64,000 bases of DNA, from the IMG/VR virus record IMGVR_UViG_3300027706_000007, positions 30,124 through 94,123 of that record; one strand, 5' to 3'. Position numbers and translations under genes: made by a program. The stretch is from a virus. Shown here one piece after another: positions 19,081-28,876 of the stretch; positions within the stretch are counted from its first letter, which is position 1, and each line of letters opens with the position of its first letter. Below the pieces are notes generated by a model, which was not told the DNA's origin, did not search any database, and saw only the letters and a list, made by a program, of their open reading frames with translations.

Positions 19081-20475
19081 TTGATACCCATTAATAACAT
19101 AATTTTTCCAAGCGTTTCATTCGAAGTAGTTGATTTGCTTTACACGCCCGCACATTTAGATAACGAAGGACGAACAAATATAGGCAATTCTTTTTATGCT
19201 ATATATCCGCGCCGAGAATCTACTATATATTATATAGTCGATTTAGCTAAGAGCATACATGCTAATAAACATGAATTAACTATTGAACGTATTACGAGAG
19301 CAGAATTAGATACGCTTTTCAATGCGACAGACCAAACTATAATCTTAGCCAAAATAAAGCAACATGTGCGCGACCCAAAAATTAACACGTGGGAAGATTT
19401 AGCGTTATGGACATATAAAACAATTAAAAGCTTGCGTCCCGAAGGATTATACTACTTTTTTGATGTGGCAAATTGTGCGATTAAACCTGAATGGAACACT
19501 TTAGTAGATAGCGTAATAGCATATAAAGCAATAAAAGACCCAACTATATATTTGGTTCATAAAGCAACATTGCCACGTGGGTATGTGATGCATTATCAGC
19601 CACATAGCATAATTCTCGCGCCACTCAGTGTAGGTAAAACAAGTTTCGCGAAACAGCTAGGATTATGGTATGAAAGAGTCACAGCCAATGCACTCAGCGC
19701 TACAGCACGTTGGAAAGATGATGTTTCATATGGCCCATTTAACGACCAATATTACGCGCTAACAATTGAGCAAATCGAATCACAAAATATCGAAAACGCG
19801 CTCGGTCGTTTAATTAACTTTCTAGATGAAGGTGTGGGACATACTCGCGCAGGTGGAACACAAATAAGTTATCGGGGAGCGGCTCCTTTAATCATAACGG
19901 GGAACGGGCCGGTAAACGCGCCACGTAGTAAAAAACTCAGCCGCTTTCGAGAATTACTCGTGCCATATCTAGTTTATAATAATACACACGCGCTCGGAAA
20001 GCGGTTTGGAATAATTGCCTACGGTGAATACCAACGAATTAAATCCATACTTGAAAATAATGTACCGGTTGCATATAATCAAACCGAACAAACAGACCTT
20101 TTTAAAATCTTTCGCGCGGTAGAAGAAGAAGGAGACGCGTGGCTGCACAAGTTTTGGAACGATGAAGCTATATTGAATTTCATAATGAATGCGAAAGTCT
20201 ATACAGACGAAGATAAAAAAGTGGTAGAAAGTTGTGAATTTCCTGAGGTTCGAGATTTCTGGCTCGGTCATATGAATGAGGCTTATTATCACATTGCAGG
20301 TGCCGCTCTAAATTGTGCTGTCGTGGATTGTTTACCACTTTTTGCCGCGCTAACCAACCACGTTCCCGCGCTAACTTATGAGATTGTACGAGATAAGATA
20401 TTTTCTCTGGCGACCGATTATTTGCAAAAAATCAAAGAAATAAATATCAATAGCTTGAAATACATGTTATCTTAA
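19081..20475 (+). CDS. Divergent MCM-like AAA+ replicative helicase
   Basis: HSIILAPLSVGKTS (Walker A), ERVTANALSA (H2I region), LTIEQIES (Walker B position), LDEGVGHTRAGG (PS1 hairpin), IITGN (sensor 1) and LGKRF (Arg finger), in MCM order. Confidence 0.72.
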   Translation: MIPINNIIFPSVSFEVVDLLYTPAHLDNEGRTNIGNSFYAIYPRRESTIYYIVDLAKSIHANKHELTIERITRAELDTLFNATDQTIILAKIKQHVRDPKINTWEDLALWTYKTIKSLRPEGLYYFFDVANCAIKPEWNTLVDSVIAYKAIKDPTIYLVHKATLPRGYVMHYQPHSIILAPLSVGKTSFAKQLGLWYERVTANALSATARWKDDVSYGPFNDQYYALTIEQIESQNIENALGRLINFLDEGVGHTRAGGTQISYRGAAPLIITGNGPVNAPRSKKLSRFRELLVPYLVYNNTHALGKRFGIIAYGEYQRIKSILENNVPVAYNQTEQTDLFKIFRAVEEEGDAWLHKFWNDEAILNFIMNAKVYTDEDKKVVESCEFPEVRDFWLGHMNEAYYHIAGAALNCAVVDCLPLFAALTNHVPALTYEIVRDKIFSLATDYLQKIKEININSLKYMLS

Positions 20476-20518
20476 AATAGAGAAAGATTTTTATATACCC
20501 CATCTTTCAGCAAATACA

Positions 20519-20830
20519 ATGCGAAAACTCCGAGTCGTAATTTTAGACCCCAAAAAGGTTGTCATTGAAGAAGAATCTGAAGAGAATAAATCCGTGCCAA
20601 CACCTCCCGCTGACGCAACACCGCCAAACAATCCTAATGCTCCTTCAATTGGTACTTATCTTTATCCTACCCCGAGTATATGGTATGACGCAACTAATGC
20701 TGCAACATGGAACAATATGTGCGTTTTTACGGTAGGTAGCGGTGCCGGAAGTACTCCAATGGTAACTTTTAATACTATCCCCCTTCCCGCAACAAACACA
20801 ATCCAGCTTTCTTATTCCTATAGTTATTAA
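20519..20830 (+). CDS. Hypothetical Pro/Thr-rich protein
   Basis: Own TATA box; beta-rich C-terminus. Confidence 0.55.
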   Translation: MRKLRVVILDPKKVVIEEESEENKSVPTPPADATPPNNPNAPSIGTYLYPTPSIWYDATNAATWNNMCVFTVGSGAGSTPMVTFNTIPLPATNTIQLSYSYSY

Positions 20831-20878
20831 ATCAAAAGTCAGGCAACCTTTTAATATTTATTTTTCTATAGTCGATAT

Positions 20879-21571
20879 GTGAATAGCTCATTTCTTGAAA
20901 TTGCTAACGCATACTGGTTGCGCGAATTTCGCGACACAAGTGGGTTACATTGTGTGCGCCCCGAGAATCCGACGTATGAAATTTTTGCGCAAAATCAATT
21001 TGACTTTCTAAAGTTTATACATTACAACATAGTAACGGGGGGGCATATTTTCGCAGGATTTTACACTGAACGTGAACGCAAGACAGGAATTGTGCCGTCG
21101 ATTTTTTTAGATATAGATGTTGCTGAAAGAGAAGCACCCGAGTCAATTTGGGAAAATCTGCAACTCGCCTTTCTGCCTATATTTTTCTCTAACACGGAAG
21201 TTTATTTCTCGGGGTCGAAAGGATTTCATTTTAGAATATATATCAGCCCGACACAATTCGAATTATTACGTAAGGAGCGCGAAAAAATGTATTTAGTGTT
21301 TTCTGCGTGGGTTCAACATTATGTAGATAAATCGACGTTTTTATCTCTCAAGCGTTTATATCGCGTACCTTTAACCGTGCATCCTAAAACGCAGTTATGG
21401 AAAATTCCGGTTACAAAAGATTTAAAGTGGAACGAGATTAAACAGATAGCTAATTCACCATATAGTTATGTTACATACTTAGAAGAGCAATTTGCGCGTC
21501 CGATAAAACCTATTGATGTAAATATATTTACAAAAAATCCAGTCGATTTAGTGACACAGACTACACTTTAA
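20879..21571 (+). CDS. priS: Archaeo-eukaryotic primase, catalytic subunit
   Basis: FLDID, FSGSKGFH and D...RLYRVPLTVHPKT motifs. Confidence 0.9.
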   Translation: MNSSFLEIANAYWLREFRDTSGLHCVRPENPTYEIFAQNQFDFLKFIHYNIVTGGHIFAGFYTERERKTGIVPSIFLDIDVAEREAPESIWENLQLAFLPIFFSNTEVYFSGSKGFHFRIYISPTQFELLRKEREKMYLVFSAWVQHYVDKSTFLSLKRLYRVPLTVHPKTQLWKIPVTKDLKWNEIKQIANSPYSYVTYLEEQFARPIKPIDVNIFTKNPVDLVTQTTL

Positions 21572-21574
21572 AGC

Positions 21575-21829
21575 TTAGCCATAAAAAGCGTTTCGTTTTT
21601 GTTTACTGAACATTTTCCGCAGTTGGTCTTGCATCATTGTATCTAAATCTCGCGCCAAATCATCATCGTTGGTGGTATACGTGACTACAACATGCACAAC
21701 AGTATTTTCATCGGTCTCCGGCCCTATAAGTCGTTTATATTTCTTATCTCTTTCATCATCGGCACACTTTGCGCATAGTCCATGCTCATCTACTCGCTTC
21801 GTTTCCAGCTTGCAACTTTGACATTGCAT
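21575..21829 (-). CDS. Small zinc-finger protein
   Basis: CQSC...CAKC. Confidence 0.65.
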   Translation of the reverse strand: MQCQSCKLETKRVDEHGLCAKCADDERDKKYKRLIGPETDENTVVHVVVTYTTNDDDLARDLDTMMQDQLRKMFSKQKRNAFYG

Positions 21830-21857
21830 GATATCCTAGAATAAATTATCTCCTTAT

Positions 21858-22160
21858 TTAAGCCTTTCTCCATTTAAAAATAACTTTCTCCGCGGATACA
21901 TCAAGCAAAGTCTCAGGCGCAGAACAATGAGGACATTTTCCAGTGAAATGCGTGCGACATACACAGTGCGCAAAACCGCATTTTGGACATATATGTAATA
22001 GAAGATGATGTATTTTTTTCTCTCTAGTTTCTTCGACTTCTGTTTTAACTTGGCGCAATTCTGTAAAGCAGCGCGGACAAAATCCGCGAAAATGCTGAGA
22101 ACAAACGCAGTGAGCCATCCCACAATCGGGACAAACGCGTAATAGTAATTTATGGGACAT
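21858..22160 (-). CDS. Protein with two tandem Cys/His-rich zinc-binding repeats
   Basis: CPxCGxAHCVCxxHFxGxCPxC occurs twice. Confidence 0.75.
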   Translation of the reverse strand: MSHKLLLRVCPDCGMAHCVCSQHFRGFCPRCFTELRQVKTEVEETREKKIHHLLLHICPKCGFAHCVCRTHFTGKCPHCSAPETLLDVSAEKVIFKWRKA

Positions 22161-22249
22161 GGCTCGCGCTTCTATGATGTTTATATAAAAATATATCTTC
22201 ATTTTAATTGCGAAATATTTTTAAGGAGCGCGTATTAACTTACTATATA

Positions 22250-22441
22250 ATGAGTTTCGATTTACGGAATATTTACTGTTCAAACTGCGGGCATCCTCTT
22301 TCTGCACATATTGTGTCGAAAGATAGCCAATGGATAAAAACTAGCGGGAAATATATTTTATTGGGAGAGCATGTTAGTTGCGCCGAATGTTTAAATCAGG
22401 AACAACCGAATTTTTGTAACAAAATTGTGATACAAACATAA
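22250..22441 (+). CDS. Small zinc-finger protein
   Basis: CSNCGH...H...CAEC...C. Confidence 0.6.
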   Translation: MSFDLRNIYCSNCGHPLSAHIVSKDSQWIKTSGKYILLGEHVSCAECLNQEQPNFCNKIVIQT

Positions 22442-22939
22442 TTATAACAATTTACTTATAGATACAAGATAAAATTTCTTTAACACATTAAAATAATTTT
22501 TTGAAAAGCACTCGAAGCAAACGGGGCCATTATCATAATGCGCCCCGTTAAAATATGTTCCATGGGATGAAACCTTCTTCTTTTTATCCACTTTCTTCTC
22601 TTTCTTAACAAAAACGCCTCTCACAAATTCGTCACAAATGTTGCATCTAAATACAAATCCAGTATCCAAATCATCTACTATTCGTACAAATAACCAATCA
22701 TCAATAACATTAATAACCTTTACATAAGAAATATTATCGAACAAATCGAAATATTTTACTATTGCCACATTATACAATCTCTCATCCATAATTCTAGTTA
22801 TAAAAGGTAATATCACTTTTAGCTCTTTTTTTCTTTCTTTTATTTCTTTTCTCCTTCCAAGATATTCTGCTAATGATGGCCACCTATTAACTATGCCAGA
22901 AGTAAAAGACGCGTAAAACTTTTGGGGGCTTCTTTTCAA
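22442..22939 (-). CDS. Hypothetical zinc-binding protein
   Basis: CNIC...CFEC; abuts a convergent stop codon. Confidence 0.55.
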   Translation of the reverse strand: MKRSPQKFYASFTSGIVNRWPSLAEYLGRRKEIKERKKELKVILPFITRIMDERLYNVAIVKYFDLFDNISYVKVINVIDDWLFVRIVDDLDTGFVFRCNICDEFVRGVFVKKEKKVDKKKKVSSHGTYFNGAHYDNGPVCFECFSKNYFNVLKKFYLVSISKLL

Positions 22940-23293
22940 TGCGCCAGTAACACTAAATCCTCTTCTTTAGAAGCAATTATAAAAAAGTTTCTTAAATTCC
23001 AATATGGACAACAAAACATTTTTAAATAGGAATCTGGTAATAATGTCAGTTAAGGTCAGTTCGAACATGAGCAAGAAAAATCCAACCAAATTTAAGGAAG
23101 AGCTAGAAAAATTGGGCATCCATGAGGAAATCTTTAGCGCCACATTAGCTCTATCACCAACTAGAAAAATCACAGTTGGATATCCACAAGAAAAAATTAA
23201 CACCATATCGGTACAACAGAACTGGTAATCTTCCTGTTGAATTCTACAGTTTTATTTTAAAAGTTTAAATATTATTTTGTTAAAATCTTTCTT

Positions 23294-23749
23294 ATGTCCG
23301 CGCCAGTCTATGAATTTATGTATCCACTAATGGATGGAGGTGCACTTCACGTGTACTATCCCATGGGCGAAACTGAAGAGGTTAAAATAAATGATATGAC
23401 TGAACGTGAGGTAGATTTACTGCGTAAAGATTTGGAGCGTAAAATAGATAACCGACTCGCAACTGTTTATCATGTTGATAATGAAGCCCTCCGACAGAGT
23501 TTACTCGATACAATCTACGATGAGTACCCTGAGTTACCCAAAGGCGTTTCGCGTAAAAAATTTAGAACTTTACAGGAATATCTTTCGCGAGATACTACTA
23601 TATTAGATTGGCTCAGCGATTTAAGACTCTTAAATACTATTAGTGATGTTTTCGATGAACTCGACAGCTATTCACTAGAAGATTTGAAAGAATCATTTAA
23701 TGTAACTTCAGGAGAACCTGAAATAGATGAACTCGCAGAAGAATTTTAG
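23294..23749 (+). CDS. Hypothetical acidic helical protein
   Basis: 151-aa ORF with a TTTAAATA box. Confidence 0.7.
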   Translation: MSAPVYEFMYPLMDGGALHVYYPMGETEEVKINDMTEREVDLLRKDLERKIDNRLATVYHVDNEALRQSLLDTIYDEYPELPKGVSRKKFRTLQEYLSRDTTILDWLSDLRLLNTISDVFDELDSYSLEDLKESFNVTSGEPEIDELAEEF

Positions 23750-24888
23750 CGCGGTATAATTCTAATTGTATCTTTACTTTTGAAATAAATAGATTTAGAG
23801 ATTGGTGTGTTTTCGTCTATATCTCCATCGACATAATTCATGTTGTCTAAGTTCATTCTAATATTATCGACTATTTCATCCAGCGATTGCGATTGTAAGA
23901 ATTCGCGCATATTGCGCCGTACAAATGGGCTGGAGTAAACCACGCCACCATGTTCTTTGAACATGAAAGATAAGCGCGCTATAATATCTGCCAACGTGAA
24001 AGATGCAGGAATGAAAAATGTAAATGGTAAATTCCAAACATACAACTTATAAAGTTTTGAAGAAAGAGGCAAATGAAATTGTATATCATCACCATGTATT
24101 ATGAACTGAAACCCCAGTTGAGCCTCTTGCCACATTAATTTAATTAATTTACGATTTAATACCTTTCTACGTATAAATAATATATGTTTAGGTGTTCCGC
24201 TACATAAAAATATGTCGTTTGACATTATTTTAGGATTAGAAATTTTATCTTCGATATCCGTGTTAAAAAGATTGTTGCATGCGTTACATCTCACATCCAA
24301 TGCCCCCCCGTTACTATCCGTACCTACTTCGGGCATCAAATATATTCCAGTTGCAAAAACTTCATCAAATTGTGTTCGCACATTTAATTGTAAAGCCTCT
24401 AACAATTTTCCAGAGTCGTCGCGGCGTAAACGTGCGGCAGGATAAACTAGAAAATCTAGAGGAAAAAAAAGCTGGGCAAACGTTTGTAATGTGAGGGGCA
24501 CCTGCGCGACGGAGGGAATCACGTGCGGAGTTAGAAGTATCTTTTTCTGGATTCCTTTCTCAATAATTTTATTGATATTTTCATTCGTAATTGCGCGAGT
24601 AGTAATATACTGTTCGCGGTTTTTAATATTATGTTCATTAATATTAGCCGCTAGTAAATTGCCCATATGTTTTAAGTGGAAAGAGACTGCCTGCGATATA
24701 ATATCGTCCCAGAATTTTAAAATATCTTGGTCTATCTTCTCCTCGCCGCGCAATAATCGTAATAATGTTTTCATTTCAGCGAGCCTAGAAAAATTCTCGA
24801 CCACATTTCCATTTGCCAACAAATTCAATAGTACATCATATTGTTCGCTTGTAAAGGTTTGTTTTTTTGGGGGCGAGTCTCCCATCAA
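23746..24888 (-). CDS. Hypothetical protein (380 aa) with a CxxC...C...H insert
   Basis: Long ORF whose start overlaps the stop of 24885-25178. Confidence 0.7.
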   Translation of the reverse strand: MMGDSPPKKQTFTSEQYDVLLNLLANGNVVENFSRLAEMKTLLRLLRGEEKIDQDILKFWDDIISQAVSFHLKHMGNLLAANINEHNIKNREQYITTRAITNENINKIIEKGIQKKILLTPHVIPSVAQVPLTLQTFAQLFFPLDFLVYPAARLRRDDSGKLLEALQLNVRTQFDEVFATGIYLMPEVGTDSNGGALDVRCNACNNLFNTDIEDKISNPKIMSNDIFLCSGTPKHILFIRRKVLNRKLIKLMWQEAQLGFQFIIHGDDIQFHLPLSSKLYKLYVWNLPFTFFIPASFTLADIIARLSFMFKEHGGVVYSSPFVRRNMREFLQSQSLDEIVDNIRMNLDNMNYVDGDIDENTPISKSIYFKSKDTIRIIPR

Positions 24889-25178
24889 GCAACACCTGCA
24901 TATTCCACTATTTTCTTTTTCGCTTTTCGCGCCATCAGTTTCCGTTTAGCTTCTTCGATAGCTGCTCGTAATTCGTCATCCGTTAAACTGCGCATGTAAG
25001 AATAAAATTCATCCGCGTTCTGTGTACCCCAAATATTACACATTTCAGATACAATATTATGTGCATCTAAACCAAGCCAAATCTTTAGACGCCGCTGAAT
25101 CTCTCGTGCTTTACCCCAGCACGAATGAGAATCCTTATCGTAGTTGCGTCCAATCACATTTCCTTCATCTTCTGACAT
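24885..25178 (-). CDS. Hypothetical basic helical protein
   Basis: TATA box upstream; coupled to the next ORF. Confidence 0.65.
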   Translation of the reverse strand: MSEDEGNVIGRNYDKDSHSCWGKAREIQRRLKIWLGLDAHNIVSEMCNIWGTQNADEFYSYMRSLTDDELRAAIEEAKRKLMARKAKKKIVEYAGVA

Positions 25179-25274
25179 TTATGCTCTATTTAATTAGAAT
25201 AATCGTATTTAAACTTTGTTTCCATTCTTTATTCACAGAAAACTTTAAATGTAAAAAAGCTGACAAAGTAAAGT

Positions 25275-25637
25275 ATGCGAATCTTCAAAAAATCCGATGC
25301 GCTAAAAGAAAAACATGTAAAAGGTTTACCACCTAAATGGCTTCTTGCACTGGACTCACATATAGCGTGGGGAGCCGCGATTCCAGTTATATTTGCTCTC
25401 AGTTATTATGTACATTTATACGGGCTTGCTGCTTTACAGCTATTCTCGCTTGGAGCCGTAGTCATTCTGAGTGTAGATTTGATTAAAGAAGTTATCTTAG
25501 ACCCGTATTTCGAAGGGGAACCTTTCTTTTTCGACGGGTTAGTTGATTGGTTAGAATATTGGGCTGGTATAGGTTTATCGTTGTTTTTACTATTCGTACT
25601 CGCAAACTATATTATTCCTTTTTTCTTTAAAATATAA
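25275..25637 (+). CDS. Multi-pass membrane protein
   Basis: Three hydrophobic segments with H...KE...D residues. Confidence 0.7.
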   Translation: MRIFKKSDALKEKHVKGLPPKWLLALDSHIAWGAAIPVIFALSYYVHLYGLAALQLFSLGAVVILSVDLIKEVILDPYFEGEPFFFDGLVDWLEYWAGIGLSLFLLFVLANYIIPFFFKI

Positions 25638-25672
25638 CAAGCTTTATATACAGATACTTCCAATTTAATAAC

Positions 25673-25843
25673 GTGGCTCAATATTATATACCATATCGAA
25701 AAACAACAGGTTTAGCACGTTGTAGTTGTCCCTATTGTGAGCACGTTTTTATTGACGAATGTAAAAATGAAACCTGTCTGTGCGAACTTGTAGATAATTT
25801 AATCTATCATAATGAAAGAAAACATACAGCCCGTAAAAAATAG
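25673..25843 (+). CDS. 56-aa C2H2-like zinc-finger protein (below the ORF-track cut-off)
   Basis: GTG start after a TTTATATA box; CPYC...HNERKH. Confidence 0.55.
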   Translation: MAQYYIPYRKTTGLARCSCPYCEHVFIDECKNETCLCELVDNLIYHNERKHTARKK

Positions 25844-25924
25844 TTCGCCATATTTTATTACTGTTCGCTCTCGGCGAACAAAAATTTCAGAAACCCTTAA
25901 ATAAAATAACTTTGTAGCAGATTC

Positions 25925-25995
25925 GCGGACAGGGGACAAAGACAGGGGGTGCCTCGGCGCCCCGCAACCGGTGCTGTTCTTTGTTCTCTGCCTGC
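25925..25995 (+). ncRNA. Candidate structured small RNA 1
   Basis: GC-rich island about 22 nt after CTTAAATA. About 20-bp stem with G-U pairs enclosing a GGGGTGCC/GGCGCCCC hairpin. Confidence 0.55.
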
Positions 25996-26042
25996 TTAAA
26001 TTATCAACAAAGTTTAAATAAATAGGAAACTACTTTTAGAAC

Positions 26043-26456
26043 ATGGAATTGGCTGATTTTTTGCGGCGTTTCAATATCCAAAACTGGGAAACGAAACACG
26101 TAACGGAAAATAGAATAGAAAGTAGCGTAAAAACTAATGGCTATGAGTACATTGAACGATTGCTATCGACTCCAGTAAGTGATGGTAGACACCGCATAAT
26201 TTGGCTAATCCTTACTCCATACTTAATTAATGTAAAAAAATTATCTGAAGAAGACGCATCCATGTTAATAATGAAATATATAGACAAGTGTAACGAATTA
26301 ACTAATACGAATGCGATTGACCGCTTACAATATTATATTCAATACGCAACTGTAACAGGATTAATGCCACCTAAACTCGTGACTTTGCAACAAACGGAGC
26401 CTGATTTATATAATATAATAACTAAAGCCATCGGTGAAACACAGCATGCAGATTGA
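26043..26456 (+). CDS. priX: Primase non-catalytic subunit, PriX-like
   Basis: 'YIERLLSTPVSDGRHRIIWLILTPYLINVKKLS' matches the PriX signature. Confidence 0.8.
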   Translation: MELADFLRRFNIQNWETKHVTENRIESSVKTNGYEYIERLLSTPVSDGRHRIIWLILTPYLINVKKLSEEDASMLIMKYIDKCNELTNTNAIDRLQYYIQYATVTGLMPPKLVTLQQTEPDLYNIITKAIGETQHAD

Positions 26457-28521
26457 TTCCGCGAATTATATTATTGATGAAGGCAAACTAAAGGTTAAGT
26501 ATTTCATAGATGGCAAAGAGTACATTGAATCAGACCCTACGCCCGCGCCCTATATGTTCGTACCGCGTAGATATGCAATAAATAGCACACATCGAGAAAT
26601 GGTCGATTTAACTACATTTGATACTGACGAATTAGTATACAGATACAATTATCCGCGTCCGTCCGCCGTTAAAAATGCGCGCTTATTACTTGAGCGCCGC
26701 GGAATACCTACTTACGAAGCTGACGTTCTTTATCGTAAAAATTGGATGCGCGATAATGATATTATTTGTGGAAATTATCCGCGACAAATCACAATGGATA
26801 CAGAAGAAATGGATGTTCCCTCACTACCAGATGTAGCGACGGCGCAGCAACCCATTATAGCAATAGGCGTGATTTACAATGGTAAACAACTAGTATGGAC
26901 AGGAGAGGAAAAGTCTATGCTTGAGGATTTTTTTACATTTCTACAAAGCGAACGCATCCAGATGATAAAAACGTGGAACGGCAAAGCATGGGATTGGCCA
27001 TATTTAATTAAGCGCGTCCAAAATTATCCTTCACTGGTCACAAAAGTAGATTTTTTACAATTTCGACATTTAGATTTAAGCCTTTTGTATAGAATATCAC
27101 AAAAAACCTTTAAAACTGGATGGAGCCTCGAAAAAGTAGGAAAACGATTTTTAAATCGCGAAAAGCCTTTCGTTAATCAGCGCATGGGTATGCTTTCAAA
27201 AGAGCAGTTAAAGGAACGCGTTTTGTGGGATGCAGAAATAACGGATTTGATTGACAGTCGCGTTGGACAAAGTAAGTATAGCGATTTGGCAATCGAACTC
27301 GCAAAAATGTCATATATATTTCCAGATGAAACTGTCTCGGAAAATCCAAATTCAGGTAATTTAACTATCACACCGGTATTAGACCAAATCTTTCTGAAAC
27401 AAGCTAGAATTTCTGGTTTCGTTCTTCCCTGTAAGCAACAATTTCAAGGCGCATATCAGGGCGCAGTTGTACTCGAAACCGAATATGGTATCTTCTCAGA
27501 TGTATTACAATTTGATTTCTCATCTCTGTATCCCAACATAATGCTTGCTTATAAAATTGCCCCTTATGGAAAATTTGAGAATTTTTGGGAGCCTATTATA
27601 CGTAAATTTTTAAATCAAAAGGAATTAGCAAAAAAGCTTGCAGATAAAGCGAAATATTGGTCTTCCAAAATAGCATCAAATTCGCTATATGGAATTATGG
27701 CAAGTAAAAATTACAGATTCGATGCATTAGCCGAAGCGCGACGCGTCGCAGCACAGGGACGAACAGTTCTTTTATCGCTTAAAGATTTTCTTCCCACACT
27801 AAATTATTATATACGTTACGGAGACACTGATAGCACATTTATCCCCGCTAAATACAGCGAGAAAGATGTGTTAAGTACTATACTCAACACATATATCGCT
27901 CAGAACTTCTCTCCAAATTTGAAACTAGAATTTGCCGCATTTTGGGATAAAATCGCCTTTACGCGCGGCATGGATGCGAAAGCTGTCAAAAAGAGATACT
28001 TCGGTCGCATAAAATATAATGAGAAAGGTGAATTAGTTAATACAATAGAAATAGTAGGACTCGAAAGTATGAGAAATGATTGGTGCGAACTGGCGCAAGA
28101 AATCCAAGAAATGGCCATCCATGAAATACTTAATGATGTACCGAAAGAGAAGATAATGGAAAAAGTATACACGATACTCGATGATATGTATGCAGGTAAA
28201 TTAGATTCAAAATTAGTACTTGAGAAACATCTAAAAAAGGACATATCTCAATATAAGGTCAGAACACAACACTTGAAAGCATATCTATCAGCGTTAGAGT
28301 CTGGCTGGGTTCCAGTCGATATGCTCCAATATCACGTCATACGCTATTATCTCACGCGTAACGGGCCAAAACTAGTTAATCTCACACAGCCTAGCGAAAT
28401 TGATTATGGTTTATATTGGGCGAAACAAATCGCTCCAATCTTGTATCGTCTGAATATACTCGACGAACTACCTAAATATAAAAACAAAATTCTCGCTGAC
28501 CCAAAACAGAAAACGCTATAG
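26446..28521 (+). CDS. polB: Family B DNA polymerase
   Basis: Exonuclease motifs DTE and NGKAWDWPYL; polymerase motifs DFSSLYP, KIASNSLYG, YGDTDS and KKRY. Confidence 0.97.
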   Translation: MQIDSANYIIDEGKLKVKYFIDGKEYIESDPTPAPYMFVPRRYAINSTHREMVDLTTFDTDELVYRYNYPRPSAVKNARLLLERRGIPTYEADVLYRKNWMRDNDIICGNYPRQITMDTEEMDVPSLPDVATAQQPIIAIGVIYNGKQLVWTGEEKSMLEDFFTFLQSERIQMIKTWNGKAWDWPYLIKRVQNYPSLVTKVDFLQFRHLDLSLLYRISQKTFKTGWSLEKVGKRFLNREKPFVNQRMGMLSKEQLKERVLWDAEITDLIDSRVGQSKYSDLAIELAKMSYIFPDETVSENPNSGNLTITPVLDQIFLKQARISGFVLPCKQQFQGAYQGAVVLETEYGIFSDVLQFDFSSLYPNIMLAYKIAPYGKFENFWEPIIRKFLNQKELAKKLADKAKYWSSKIASNSLYGIMASKNYRFDALAEARRVAAQGRTVLLSLKDFLPTLNYYIRYGDTDSTFIPAKYSEKDVLSTILNTYIAQNFSPNLKLEFAAFWDKIAFTRGMDAKAVKKRYFGRIKYNEKGELVNTIEIVGLESMRNDWCELAQEIQEMAIHEILNDVPKEKIMEKVYTILDDMYAGKLDSKLVLEKHLKKDISQYKVRTQHLKAYLSALESGWVPVDMLQYHVIRYYLTRNGPKLVNLTQPSEIDYGLYWAKQIAPILYRLNILDELPKYKNKILADPKQKTL

Positions 28522-28773
28522 TTAGTTATATGCACTGAGGTCTACCTTATTCTGCGGTTCCGTGGGTTCTATCATATTTCCTTCGCGCATAATTTCGGTC
28601 ATAATGCCTGTTATTCGGTGTGTTAATTCGCGCGTGTCGTCCATGTCAGTTTTATAATTTAGCAATATTACTTTCAATTCATTTGAATAGCGCGTAGTGT
28701 AAATATTTCGAGCGACTAAAAAACCCACTACAAAAGCTAATGCGCCAACCGCAAATGCAAGAAGGTCAATCAT
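28522..28773 (-). CDS. Small membrane-anchored protein
   Basis: N-terminal transmembrane segment. Confidence 0.65.
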   Translation of the reverse strand: MIDLLAFAVGALAFVVGFLVARNIYTTRYSNELKVILLNYKTDMDDTRELTHRITGIMTEIMREGNMIEPTEPQNKVDLSAYN

Positions 28774-28876
28774 ATCTACGCCCCATTAAAATGCGTGGGT
28801 TATAAAGTTTGTCAAACCTTTTAGATTAAAAAATTGAGGAATTCTTATATAGTCGGCTGATGCTAAATTTATAGTT

